Shown in pieces: positions 44,371-54,658 of a stretch of DNA of 64,000 bases. The translations under genes were made by a program, and so were the position numbers. Each line of letters begins with the position of its first letter. Position 1 is the first letter of the stretch. This DNA is from an uncultured Gammaproteobacteria bacterium (GTDB taxonomy: Bacteria; Pseudomonadota; Gammaproteobacteria; UBA9214), in the NCBI GenBank assembly GCA_963773065.1, contig CAVYZN010000016.1, positions 64,001-128,000 on the forward strand, written 5' to 3'. The notes beneath the pieces are model-generated. The model saw nothing but the letters and a program-made list of their open reading frames with translations. It was not told the DNA's origin and made no database searches.

Positions 44371-44655
44371 ATGAAGATGAACCGCTACCACAATGTGTTC
44401 GATGCGCTGGAAGACGATCCGGCGATTGCCGAGAACCTGAAAATCCGTGCGCAATTGATGAATGCGCTGACCCGGTATATCGAGAAGCGGGGACTCACCC
44501 AGGCGAAAGCCGCCGAACTGTTCGAGGTCAACCAGCCTCGAATCAGTGATCTCGTACGGGGCAAGATCGAGCGCTTCATCATCGATATGCTGGTCAACAT
44601 GCTGGCCCGTGCCGGGAAGCGCCTCAACGTGAGGGTATCCAACCAGGCCGCCTGA
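44371..44655 (+). CDS. HigA-like XRE HTH antitoxin (orphan)
   Basis: NVFDAL..NLKIRAQLM..LTQAKAA..QPRISDLVRGKI. Confidence 0.85.
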   Translation: MKMNRYHNVFDALEDDPAIAENLKIRAQLMNALTRYIEKRGLTQAKAAELFEVNQPRISDLVRGKIERFIIDMLVNMLARAGKRLNVRVSNQAA

Positions 44656-44851
44656 AAAACGTCAGGGATAGACCACCTTTTCCGGCTTCGGGAACTGGCG
44701 AAAAATAAATCTGGCCCTGGAGGGTGGCGGGTTCCAAAACTGTTGATGTGTAAGCATGTTAGAAAACCGCAGGGAAGCCCCGGCGTCTGACCCAGGTTTC
44801 CCATGACATCAAGTACTGTATGGGCAGCGATGTGGAGAGCAGGGAGAAGCG

Positions 44852-45160
44852 ATGATTCTGGAAGACGGTTTCGGAAACAAGGTGCGGCTTACAGACGAAC
44901 GGCTTGCCCACATTCTGGATCATCCCGAAATGCGGGGAATGGAGAAGGAAATCGAGCGGGTACTGCGCGAGCCGCAGCGCGTTCGGCGGTCGCGCACGGA
45001 CGAAGCTGTGCGGCTGTTTTATGGGTTCTACGCCCAGACATTGGTGGGTGGCAAATGGTTGTGCGTTGTGGTTAAGTACCTCACGAACGATACTTTTGTG
45101 ATCACCGCTTACCTGACCGACAAACCGAAAGCCGGAGAAGACCTATGGCCGAAAAAGTGA
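44852..45160 (+). CDS. Putative RelE/BrnT-fold toxin (DUF4258-like)
   Basis: VRLTDERLAHILDHPEM..VVVK..FVITAYLT; overlaps the DUF2283 gene. Confidence 0.7.
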   Translation: MILEDGFGNKVRLTDERLAHILDHPEMRGMEKEIERVLREPQRVRRSRTDEAVRLFYGFYAQTLVGGKWLCVVVKYLTNDTFVITAYLTDKPKAGEDLWPKK

Positions 45161-45354
45161 AAGTGTGGTTCGATGTGGAGGCGGATTACCTCGAAGTTCA
45201 GTTTCGAGAAGGCGTGGGCTATATGAAGGAAACCGCCCACGATGCCGTGATGGAACGGGTGGATATGCAAGGTAATGTGCTCGGGTTCAGCATCCTCGGC
45301 GTGAGCCGGTTCCGGAAGGATAAGCCACTGGAGGCGGAACTGACTGCGACGTGA
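45145..45354 (+). CDS. DUF2283 putative antitoxin
   Basis: KVWFDVEADYLEVQF..D.QGNVLGFSIL. Confidence 0.8.
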   Translation: MAEKVKVWFDVEADYLEVQFREGVGYMKETAHDAVMERVDMQGNVLGFSILGVSRFRKDKPLEAELTAT

Positions 45355-45453
45355 ACCGTCACGTCTCCCCCTTGAAGGTTTGACCGGGAGCAATGACATA
45401 AAAACGTGAGATTTAGTTTCTGGGGATAGTTACGGAAAATGAATCTATCACGT

Positions 45454-45639
45454 TCAATCACCACGGCCCAACAACTCGGCCTTGACCTGTTCATGCGGGA
45501 TGGTGCGGCCCGCCTCGATATCGGCCAGCCCTTCCTCGATCTTCTGCTTCACATACAGTTCGTACATGATGTCGTCCCAGGTCGCCTGATCGGGCAGGCG
45601 GTCAATGATCTGCCGGGCGGCGTCTTTGGCGCTTTGCAT
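45454..45639 (-). CDS. Small antitoxin-like protein (ParE-partner type); no toxin gene follows
   Basis: IDRLPDQATWDDIMYELYVKQKIEEGLADIEAGRTIPHEQVK. Confidence 0.75.
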   Translation of the reverse strand: MQSAKDAARQIIDRLPDQATWDDIMYELYVKQKIEEGLADIEAGRTIPHEQVKAELLGRGD

Positions 45640-45709
45640 GGTCTGGGTTCTCCATCGTTCTCTCGTTTAGCCGCTGGTCATTTAGCGGGGAATTGCGGGA
45701 ACAGTATAC

Positions 45710-45952
45710 CTAAGACGCCTTCTTAAATCGCTCCAGGCCATCGAGGATGAAGACTCGGATCAAAACTTGGTACGGAATCCCATGCTTCTCCGCGACAGCC
45801 TTGAGTTCCTGAATCGTCGTCTCATCGAGAGCAACGCTGGTTGGCCTTTTGGGTGAATGCTTAAAGCGCTTCATTGCGGCCAGAATCTTGTTGGAATCCA
45901 GCTCGACAGGAGCCTCATAGGTTTTCAGCGATTTTACGTAGGATTTCTTCAT
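45710..45952 (-). CDS. CopG/BrnA-type antitoxin
   Basis: TSVALD..LKAVAEKHGIPYQVLIR. Confidence 0.8.
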   Translation of the reverse strand: MKKSYVKSLKTYEAPVELDSNKILAAMKRFKHSPKRPTSVALDETTIQELKAVAEKHGIPYQVLIRVFILDGLERFKKAS

Positions 45953-46253
45953 ATTGCTTTTTCTCCTTACTATGTGCGGGTCTCGCGCTAATGACGCGGA
46001 CTCGTCCTTCTCTTAATACAAAAGCCACTTGTAGGAATTTGCCATTGATCGTTGGCCCGACAAGACCAAGGCGCTGTTCGTTCGCCGGCGGACTGACTTG
46101 AATTCCAAGCGGCAAAGCGAGACCGGAACGAAACACGGCCTCAACCTCTTCAATGGAAGTCTTGTGCTTGGTGGCGTTCTTGGTCTGGTTTCCTTTATCC
46201 CATTCGAATTCAAAGTGAGAGGTTTCAAGAATCCAAAAGAGCAGCCATTCCAC
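45915..46253 (-). CDS. BrnT-family toxin
   Basis: FEWDKGNQTKNATKH..E..F, RVISARPA..EKKQY. Confidence 0.88.
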   Translation of the reverse strand: MEWLLFWILETSHFEFEWDKGNQTKNATKHKTSIEEVEAVFRSGLALPLGIQVSPPANEQRLGLVGPTINGKFLQVAFVLREGRVRVISARPAHSKEKKQYEEILRKIAENL

Positions 46254-46450
46254 AAATTCCCACTAAGCCATGGTGCACTATACCGCCACTATATCAATAG
46301 TGTCGAGTGGTCTTTCTCCCGAAGGATCATGGGCTAGCCGCTGATGCGGCTATCGAGAGCGCTCGCCCCAATGGGCAACGGCGCTTGCGCGATATCATCC
46401 TTCTGAAAAGGGAATGTAAAGACAGGGTGACAACACGAGAAATGCCACTT

Positions 46451-46601
46451 GGGGCAGGAGGAACCAGGTGGGATCGTCGGCCGCAGGGACGATGCACAGG
46501 GATGTGCAAGTGTTGCGTGAGGGCAGGATGCCCGTAGCGACTGCGGCCGGCGAGCCTCCAAGGATGGATTTACAGTGAGTCACGCCTGGCCCCTTCCTGC
46601 C
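46451..46601 (+). repeat. Expanded member of the GGA-loop hairpin repeat family
   Basis: Outer arms GGGCAGGAGG..CCAGG / CCTGG..CTTCCTGCCC; shares GAGCCT.CA.GGA.G.ATT.AC.G.G.GTC with copy 1. Confidence 0.65.
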
Positions 46602-46715
46602 CTTGGCCCATGAGTTATCCGGCATTGCCACTGACGGCCTTGGTGAGTGCCATTCGAGTCTGATGTTTCGATTCTCCGGGGTCACAGATTGTTCTTTCTT
46701 TACCGGGTCCGCGTG

Positions 46716-47270
46716 CTAAAGCCTCGACACGAACGGACTGCCCTTGACGTAGAAGCGCAGCAGCCGTTTCGCCCAGTGTCCCGCGTAGTCCACGCCGATG
46801 CGCGGCCGCCTGACGATCGTCACCGGCGCCTCGCCGGTGGGTGCGGCGATGTAGAGGTCGTCGCTCAGGAGGTCGTGCGCGTTCAGGCGCCGGTCGATGC
46901 CCATCGCCTTGCACAGCAGGCCCGGTCCCGAGGTGCGCCCCTCGATTTTCTGCACCGGTTCCACGGCGCGCAGCAGCACGGCCGAGGCGTGTCCTTCCTC
47001 CATGGTCACGACGTTCATGCAGCAGTGCATGCCGTAGATCAGGTAAACGTAGGCATGACCGGGCGGGCCGAACATGACCTCGGTCCGCGCGGTGCGGCCC
47101 CGCGCGGAGTGCGCGGCGAGATCATGCGGCCCGAGGTAGGCCTCGACCTCGACGATGCGGCCGATGCGCTCGACGCCCTGCGACACGTGGACCAGGTACT
47201 TGCCGAGCAGTTCGCGCGCGACGACGATCGTGTCGCGATCGTAGAACCTGCGGGGGAGCCTGCGAATGGC
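46716..47270 (-). CDS. DNA-3-methyladenine glycosylase (MPG/AAG family); start approximate
   Basis: RRFYDRDTIVVARELLGK, GRIVEVEAY, MFGPPGHAYVYLIYGMH, GPGLLC, RIGV. Confidence 0.9.
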   Translation of the reverse strand, partial: AIRRLPRRFYDRDTIVVARELLGKYLVHVSQGVERIGRIVEVEAYLGPHDLAAHSARGRTARTEVMFGPPGHAYVYLIYGMHCCMNVVTMEEGHASAVLLRAVEPVQKIEGRTSGPGLLCKAMGIDRRLNAHDLLSDDLYIAAPTGEAPVTIVRRPRIGVDYAGHWAKRLLRFYVKGSPFVSRL

Positions 47271-47366
47271 TATTGCGCGGCCACTCGTCGCACCGGCACG
47301 CCCAACGGCAGGACCCGCGGGGGTACACCGTCGAGTCGTGATGATGCATGCGCCAATGGGAACGCG

Positions 47367-47693
47367 TTACCTAAGCAGGCGTCGTTCGAGTAACGACGGC
47401 ATGTCCCTGCGCCCATCGAGGACGCAATGAATGTATACGTCCAGCCCGATTACCTCGTAGACGACACGATACGGCTTGAAGTGAACCTCACGGTATGCCG
47501 TCACACCGATGCGAGCCAGCTCGGGTGGGATATGGCCTCGTTCGGGTAACTCGGTAAGGCGCGAACAGCACGATTCCAGTTGGTCCAGCACGTACGCTGC
47601 CTTTTCGACCGAGTCATGGGATTCAATGTAACGGTAGATGTCGATCAGGTCCTGCTCCGCATCCTCGGCAAGTCGGATGCGATAGCGCTTCAC
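47367..47693 (-). CDS. RelE/ParE-family toxin
   Basis: AEQDLIDIYRYI..LPERG..YRVVYEV..VLDGRRD. Confidence 0.9.
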   Translation of the reverse strand: MKRYRIRLAEDAEQDLIDIYRYIESHDSVEKAAYVLDQLESCCSRLTELPERGHIPPELARIGVTAYREVHFKPYRVVYEVIGLDVYIHCVLDGRRDMPSLLERRLLR

Positions 47694-47971
47694 TCGGGTC
47701 GTTCCTTGAGGCGCTTGCGGATATCCGCGAAGGCCCTCTTGACGGGCTTGCTGCGACCTTCTTGCAAGCTCCTGGAACTCTGGGCTAGCATCTTGAGCAG
47801 CGCCAGGGACTCCTGGGTCTGCTCGTAACTGGCAATATCCTGTAGTACCGCCTTGGCCTCACCGTGTTGTGTGATCACCATGGCCCGCTGGCCCTCGCTG
47901 ACGTCCCGCAGTGCCTCGGCGGTGTGGTTCTTGAGGTAGCTGATGGGTTTGACCGATTCACTTAGTTTCAT
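47690..47971 (-). CDS. Phd/YefM-family antitoxin
   Basis: VKPISYLK..VITQHGEAKAVLQD; overlaps the toxin start. Confidence 0.9.
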   Translation of the reverse strand: MKLSESVKPISYLKNHTAEALRDVSEGQRAMVITQHGEAKAVLQDIASYEQTQESLALLKMLAQSSRSLQEGRSKPVKRAFADIRKRLKERPE

Positions 47972-48239
47972 GACGCTCTCCGCCTCTGGGCTCTGTTGCG
48001 TGCCAAATATAAAGCATAGGCCAACTATAGGCCATAGTTGGTACCACCATAATGATCCCCCCGAATGGTGAAGGTTCATCTGGGCAAACAATGTTTCCCT
48101 GTATGATCAGAAGTGTCCGCTGCCGTGTTCACAGCCCGGCGCCGCCCGCTTGCCGTGGTGCGGCAACAACCGATGCTTGACGGGTATTTTCCAGCGGGTA
48201 TATCGTTGCCACGCCATCACAAACATAAGGAGGGGGAAC

Positions 48240-49386
48240 ATGGCTGGTGATCAGGGGTTTGTGCAAAAGCTGCCGAAGGCCCTGCCGGGCCTGGCGCTGA
48301 TAGTCATCACCATGGTGGTGATCCGCTTGTGGATCGAGCCGTGGATGAGCGAAGCGGTGGTGCTCGGCCAGAAGGGCTGGCTGGTCAAAGTCACGCACCT
48401 GAACTACATCCTGCTCGGCATCATCATGGGCGCGCTCTACCGCAACGTCATTTTCGGAGGCAGGCTGCCGGGGGTGCTCGTGGACGGTTTCCGCTTGTCG
48501 CGCCTGATGATCAAGACCGGGATCATCCTGCTGGGGTCGCTGTACACCGTGCAGGCGATCGTCAAGCTCGGCGCGATGGCGATCTTTCTCATCGGCGGCT
48601 TCGTCGCGCTCTCGATCGTCATGGTGCTGTGGCTCGGACGAGCTGTTCTCCATGGACCGCTCCATGACCGGTGTGCTGGCCAACGCCTGCGGCATCTGCG
48701 GCGTGAGCGCGGCGGTGGCGACGGCGCCGGCGGTGGAAGCGAAAGCGGCGCAGGTCGCCTATGCCATCGCCACGATACTCGGCTTCGGCATCCTGACCAT
48801 GTTCATCAGCCCGTTCATCGGCCACGCGCTGCAGATGACCGATCTGCAATACGGCGCCTGGATCGGCACCGGCATACTCAATTCCGGCCAGGTGCTCGCC
48901 GCGGCGCTCGCTTTCAATCCCAATGTGGCCCCCGGGTCGGCGGTGTCGGTGGCGGAGATCTGGAACATCATGCGCGTGATCTCGATTCCGTTCGCCGTGT
49001 TCGGCGTCACCGTGTGGTACTGGGCGGGCCAGGCGGCGCATCTGCGGGGCGCGCAGCAGAAGACCCTGGGCACGCTGCTGGTGGAGAAGTTTCCCGTGTT
49101 CGTCATCGGATTCATGGTCATGGTCCTGCTGACCAGCGTGGGGGCTTTCGGGGACGTGGGAATCAAGGACGGACCGCCCGCCTCGGAGACGATCAAGATG
49201 CTGCGGGTGTGGATGACCTGGATCTTCGGTTTCGGTCTGGTCGGCCTCGGCGGCTACATCGACGTCAGGGAACTCTCCCAGGCAGGGGGATCGCCGCTGA
49301 AAGTCGGGCTCATCGTCGGTGTGACCAAGTACGTGCTGGCGCTCATCGTGGTGCTGCTGCTGCGCAATTACCTGGTTGAAATCTGA
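48240..49386 (+). CDS. YeiH-family putative sulfate/sulfite exporter, frameshift near 48645
   Basis: Many TM helices, GIILLG, ACGICGVSAAVA, GAWIGTGI. Confidence 0.85.
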
Positions 49387-49397
49387 AGGAGACGGAC

Positions 49398-49547
49398 ATG
49401 GCAGAAGAATCGAAAATTGGCAGCGAGACCGTCGGCAGCGCCGAAAAGGGAAAAATGACGCTGTTCCGCGACGACCGCCAGGAAGATTGGGTCGCCATCG
49501 TGGTTGCCATCATCGTGGTCGCCATCGTCGTCCTGCTTAGCCGGTGA
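49398..49547 (+). CDS. Small membrane protein (49 aa)
   Basis: AAGGAG RBS; MAEESK..QEDWVAIVVAIIVVAIVVLLSR*. Confidence 0.6.
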   Translation: MAEESKIGSETVGSAEKGKMTLFRDDRQEDWVAIVVAIIVVAIVVLLSR

Positions 49548-49551
49548 GCGC

Positions 49552-50001
49552 GTGAGCCGCGGCATCGCCGTCGCGGTGGATGGTACGGAGGCGAGCCGCG
49601 CCGCCCTCGCGTATGCCATCGGCATGGCCCGGGGGCGGGCGGTTGCGCTGACCGGCGTTTTCGTCATCGACAACGGCTGGGCCGATTTCATCGGCAACGA
49701 CTGGCAATCCTCGCGCAACGCCCGGCAGGGGTTTCTCGACTACGTGCTGGCCGATCAGCGGCACCACGCGCAGATGGCCCGGGAGCAGTTTGCGCGGGCC
49801 GCCGGCGGACTGCCCCGCGCCGATTTCACCGTGCTGGTGGGCACGCCGGCCGAAGCCCTGCGGGAACTCATGAAGCGCGAGGACCTGGAGGCATTGGTTG
49901 CGGGGCGACGCGTTTATCAGGCCTGCGGCCGGCCCAGCGTGTCGCGCCTTGGCCGCATACTTGCGCGCAAACTGTCGAAGCCGCTGTATCTGGTCGACTA
50001 G
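49552..50001 (+). CDS. Universal stress protein
   Basis: IAVAVDGTEASRAALAYA, VGTPAEAL. Confidence 0.78.
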   Translation: MSRGIAVAVDGTEASRAALAYAIGMARGRAVALTGVFVIDNGWADFIGNDWQSSRNARQGFLDYVLADQRHHAQMAREQFARAAGGLPRADFTVLVGTPAEALRELMKREDLEALVAGRRVYQACGRPSVSRLGRILARKLSKPLYLVD

Positions 50002-50137
50002 TCGAAGTCGACGGGTAGCCACGATGCGTTGACGTTCTCGCTTCGTGCGGAAAGGGGATTTAGCTGTAGTCATCCGCATCCGATTTGACAGACAGTGTCA
50101 GATCTGGGGTGAGTGGGTTTCAGAAAAGGCGGTAAAG

Positions 50138-50395
50138 ATGAAAAAGCATCATCAAGTTGAAAACGTTCGTGTAGAGAAAGGTATTCTTAGTCTCATTGTT
50201 GATGGCAAGAGCATTCAACGTGAACTGAAGGAGATATCCCCACTACTGGCAGCCGCAACAGAAGAAGAACAAAAAGAATTTGAGGTTTCGCCATCGGGAT
50301 ATGGTATTCACTGGCCGTTGATTGATGAAGACATCTCAATAGATGGTTTACTTGGTATTGTGCACAAGCCAGGCACGAGCAGAAAGAGCGCATAG
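50138..50395 (+). CDS. DUF2442 protein (antitoxin-like, orphan); low GC
   Basis: LAAATEEEQKEFEVSPSGYGIHWPLIDEDISIDGLL. Confidence 0.85.
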   Translation: MKKHHQVENVRVEKGILSLIVDGKSIQRELKEISPLLAAATEEEQKEFEVSPSGYGIHWPLIDEDISIDGLLGIVHKPGTSRKSA

Positions 50396-50440
50396 CCAGT
50401 TAGTATCGTGGTTAAGTACGTCACGAAAGAAAAAGTAGAA

Positions 50441-50515
50441 AACGGGGACATTCTGGATAAGTGATTTCACTCCACTCTCGTGGCACCTCCCGTGATAATC
50501 CAGAATGTCCCCGTT
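50441..50515. repeat. About 80-bp inverted-repeat element (copy A)
   Basis: 18-bp IR AACGGGGACATTCTGGAT; homologous to 55004-55084 in the opposite orientation. Confidence 0.85.
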
Positions 50516-50867
50516 AATCCTAATGGTTGGTCGTCGCCTGTGAACTGCACGTAGACTTAGGGGAAAAGGGCGTCTATTCTTTTTTATACGCCGCATGAAT
50601 ATTTGCGGGTCCCAGGCGTTTTTACCGCTGGAAGTCGCATTGCCTGGGGCTCGTCCAGCTTCCGGGGGCAGCGTGTGAGAATTCGAGACCCACACCTGAA
50701 CGCCGACTTTACAGCGTGAATAGGGTAGCGGGGATACACTGAATGATGCATGTCCGTTGATTGATTTGTCTCATTCGGACGTCTGGGTCAGTGGCTGGCA
50801 CGTGAGGCGGCAATACCGTCGTTAGCTTGGTTCATATAAGAACTGGCTAACATGGAGGGTAATCCAA

Positions 50868-51626
50868 ATGTTCACCAGCAATCCGTTCGCCGACCTGACG
50901 GTTTTTCTGTCCCCTCTTGCCATGCAGGTCTACATCGTTCTGATGATCTTGGCGGTTGCCATTGGAACGCTATTCGACATGCTTCACAAAAGCAGCGCCA
51001 AATTTTTCGTGCGGCAGTGGAAGAAATCAAAGGCTGCCGCAACGAGGAGGCTTAGCGGCGCAGATACCGCCTCCCTGGCGGCCAGGACCATTCTGAAAGA
51101 GGTTGCAACCTCCGGCGAATTCTGCAATCCGAAGAGAAGAATTTCCCATCTCCTGATGTTCTACGGCTTCCTGACGTATCTCATCACGACCATCGTGATG
51201 GTTTTCGGCTATCCGACAGAAGCCACGCCTACGCCGGCGCTCCTGCCGATCCTGTGGAACATCGGCGCGCTGATGGTTCTCATCGGTGGTTACTGGTTTT
51301 TCTTCTTCCTCAGGGTAAACGTAGCCCATGAGGGTCATTCGCCTTTCCGTCTGATGCGCGCGGATCTGTTCATCGTCAGCCTGCTGGCGAGCGTAACCTT
51401 CGCCCTCATATGGGAGCTTGTGCAGACGGCGGATAACCTTGCGGCGACCAAGATAGCCTTCGGCCTCTACATCTTCTTCACGACGCTGCTCTTTGTTTCC
51501 GTTCCCTGGTCCAAGTTCGCCCATATGTTCTACAAACCCGCAGCGGCCTTCCAGAAAAGGGTGGAGGAGGCAAACGGTTCATCCAACCTGCCGCGACCCG
51601 CTGACGTTAACAACATAGTGAGGTAA
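50868..51626 (+). CDS. aprM: APS reductase membrane anchor
   Basis: MFTSNPFADL..FDMLHKSSAKFF, SGEFCN..RR..HLL, WSKFAHMFYKPAAAFQKR. Confidence 0.92.
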   Translation: MFTSNPFADLTVFLSPLAMQVYIVLMILAVAIGTLFDMLHKSSAKFFVRQWKKSKAAATRRLSGADTASLAARTILKEVATSGEFCNPKRRISHLLMFYGFLTYLITTIVMVFGYPTEATPTPALLPILWNIGALMVLIGGYWFFFFLRVNVAHEGHSPFRLMRADLFIVSLLASVTFALIWELVQTADNLAATKIAFGLYIFFTTLLFVSVPWSKFAHMFYKPAAAFQKRVEEANGSSNLPRPADVNNIVR

Positions 51627-51630
51627 TCGG

Positions 51631-52087
51631 ATGCCCACCTTCGTTTACATGACGCGATGTGACGGCTGCGGACAGTGCGTGGATATCTGTCCTTCCGACA
51701 TCATGCACATAGACCGGACCTACCGGCGGGCTTACAACATCGAGCCCAATTTCTGTTGGGAGTGCTACTCGTGCGTGAAGGCATGTCCGCAGCACGCGAT
51801 AGACGTCCGAGGCTATGCGGACTTCGCTCCGCTGGGCCACAGCGTCAGGGTGCTCAGGGAAGAGGAAAAGGGAATCCATCTCCTGGAAGATAAAGTACCG
51901 GGACGGGCGGGTGAAGGAGTTTACCTTCCCGATAAGGACCACCCCCTGGGGTTCCATAAAGTCGCCATCCGATTATGAGGCACCCGACACAAACGCTCTG
52001 AGCTCTCCGATGCTCGCGCACGAGCCCAAGGCACTCAAGGTGGCGGCGCTCCCCACGCTGCCTCCTTTCAAGAACAAACAGGTGTGA
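51631..52087 (+). CDS. aprB: APS reductase beta subunit, frameshift near 51875
   Basis: MPTFVYMTRCDGCGQCVDICPSD, CWECYSCVKACP, FPIRTTPWGS. Confidence 0.95.
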
Positions 52088-52091
52088 TGCC

Positions 52092-53935
52092 ATGAGTCTA
52101 CTATCATCCAGAAAAACCAGGTTCGTGGATTCAGACATCCTCGTTATAGGCGGTGGTTTTGGCGGTTGCGGGGCCACTTACGAATCCAGATACTGGGCGC
52201 GGAAGCGAAGATCGTCCTCGTCGAAAAGGCGAACATCGAGCGCAGCGGTGCCGTCGCGCACGGTCTGTCGGCGATCAATTGCTATATGGGCATGCAGTGG
52301 GACGAAAACCGGCCGGAGGACCATGTGCGCTACGCACGAAATGACCTGATGGGTCTCGTGCGCGAGGACCTGGGCTTCGACATCGCCCGGCACGTCGATG
52401 CGACTGTGCACATGTTCGAGGAATGGGGTCTGCCGATCATGAAGGACCCGAAGACCGGCAGGTACCTGAGAGAAGGGCGCTGGCAGATCATGATTCACGG
52501 CGAGAGTTACAAGCCGATCATCGCCGAGGCCGCCAGGAAGGCTGCCACTGAAGTGTACAACCGGATCATGGTGACGCATCTGCTGATGGACAAAACGCAT
52601 CCCAACCGGGTCGCCGGTGCGGTCGGCTTCAGCGTCCGGAGTGGGGATTTTTACGTCTTCCGGGCGAAAGCGGTCATCGTGGCCGCCGGCGGCGCTTCCC
52701 ACATCTTCAGGCCCAGGTCGGTCGGCGAAGGTATGGGAAGAACCTGGTACGCGCCATGGAGCAGCGCTTCGGCCTACGGGTTGCTGATACCGCTAGGCGT
52801 CAAAATGACGCAGATGGAGAACAGGATCGTGCTCGCCCGCTTCAAGGATGGCTACGGTCCGGTCGGTGCCTGGTTCCTGCTTCTCAAGGCCTATGCCACC
52901 AACGCCTACGGGGAGAAGTATGAGGCGGCCTGGTTCGACGAGATCAAGGCTCTCGTCGGGGAGTATGCGGAGAAACAGCCGATGCCGACCTGCCTGCGAA
53001 ATCACGCGATGCTGGAGGAGATCAAGGCGGGCAAGGGACCCATCTACATGCATACCCAGGAGGTGCTCGATACCCGGGAGAAGGAGGAGATCGGCTGGGA
53101 GGATTTCCTCGACATGACGATCGGCCAGGCGGTTGTTTGGGCATCGCAGAACATCGATCCCAAGGAAAAACCGTCCGAGTTGATTACCTCCGAGCCCTAC
53201 GTCATGGGTTCTCACGCCACCTGTTCTGGTGCCTGGGCAAGCGGACCGGAGGACTGCGCACCGGCGGACTACCAGTGGGGATACAACAGGATGATGAGCG
53301 TTGATGGGCTCTTCGGGGCCGGGGACACGATCGGCGGTTCCGCGCACAAGTTCTCATCCGGCTCCTTTGCAGAAGGAAGGATAGCCGGAAAGTCGGCCGT
53401 CAAGTATGTCATGGATCTGACCGGGGATCCGCCGCAGGTGGACGAAACGGAGATCAAGAGGCTCGAGGAGACAATATTCAAGCCGCTGGAAAACTATGAA
53501 GTGGGTAGGAACGAGATCGTCGCCGGGACCGTGTCGCCAAGTTACCTATCTCCTCTTCAGGGCCTGCAGAGGCTGGAGAAGATCATGGATGAGTACGTTG
53601 GCGGCATCAGTACCTTTTATGTGACCAACGAACCGATGCTCAACCGGGGCCTGGAGCTTCTAACCATGCTGAAGGAGGACCTCGACCATATCGGTGCCGA
53701 GGACCTCCACCAACTCCAGAGAGCATGGGAACTCAACCACAGGGTCTGGACTTCGGAGTCCGTGACCCGCCACACGCTCTTCAGGCAGGAAACCCGATGG
53801 CCGGGTTACTACTATCGTGGCGATTATCCGAAGCTGGATGACACCGAGTGGCATGTTTTCACCGCATCTCAGTACGACCCGAAGACGGGTGAATGGCACA
53901 TGAGCAAGCTGCCCGTACACCACATCATAGACTGA
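52092..53935 (+). CDS. aprA: APS reductase alpha subunit, frameshift near 52200
   Basis: RSGAV..GLSAIN, WQIMIHGESYK, RFKDGYGPVGA, PTCLRNH, HKFSSGS, ETRWPGYYYR. Confidence 0.95.
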
Positions 53936-54136
53936 TCGGGGTGATTCAATGATACCCGAGCCCTACGGTGGAAAGCGAGTAAAACAGGCTTGGTGTGCGC
54001 AGCACAGATTGATCTGAAATGACCCCGTTTATCTTTCCAAGGTCCACGCACTGCTACCGGTCACCGTTGTGACGTCGAATGCAGCGCGCCCGGTAGGCGC
54101 GCCGCGATCGATGACTGGATTTATCGCCCGTTCACT

Positions 54137-54601
54137 TCACAGCAGGCTGCGCAGCATCCAGGCGTTTTTCTCGTGCACCTGCATGCGCTGCGTCAGCAGG
54201 TCCGCGCTCGGTTGATCGCTCGCACGGTCCACGTCCGCAAAGACGGCGCGGGCGGTGCGCACGACCGCCTCCTGCCCCGCGACCAGTTCGCGGATCATGT
54301 CCTCGGCTTTGGGTACGCCCTGCGCCTCCTTGATCGAGCCCAGGCGTGCGAACTCCGCATAACTGCCCGGCGCCGGGAAATCCAGGGCGCGGATGCGCTC
54401 GGCGATCTCATCCACCGCCAATGCCAGCTCCGTGTACTGCGTCTCGAACATGAGGTGCAGCGTATTGAACATCGGGCCGGTGACGTTCCAGTGAAAATTG
54501 TGGGTCTTGAGATAGAGCGTGTAGCTGTCGGCGAGCAGCCGTGACAGACCCTCGGCGATGGCCGCGCGATCCTTCTCGTTGATTCCGATATTGATGTCCA
54601 T
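54137..54601 (-). CDS. dps: Dps ferritin-like protein
   Basis: [36 protein letters not shown]. Confidence 0.95.
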   Translation of the reverse strand: MDINIGINEKDRAAIAEGLSRLLADSYTLYLKTHNFHWNVTGPMFNTLHLMFETQYTELALAVDEIAERIRALDFPAPGSYAEFARLGSIKEAQGVPKAEDMIRELVAGQEAVVRTARAVFADVDRASDQPSADLLTQRMQVHEKNAWMLRSLL

Positions 54602-54658
54602 GTTGATCTCCTCTGTGGTCAGGTTAAACAAGTCTCTCGATGCCCGCGCCTCCAGCCT

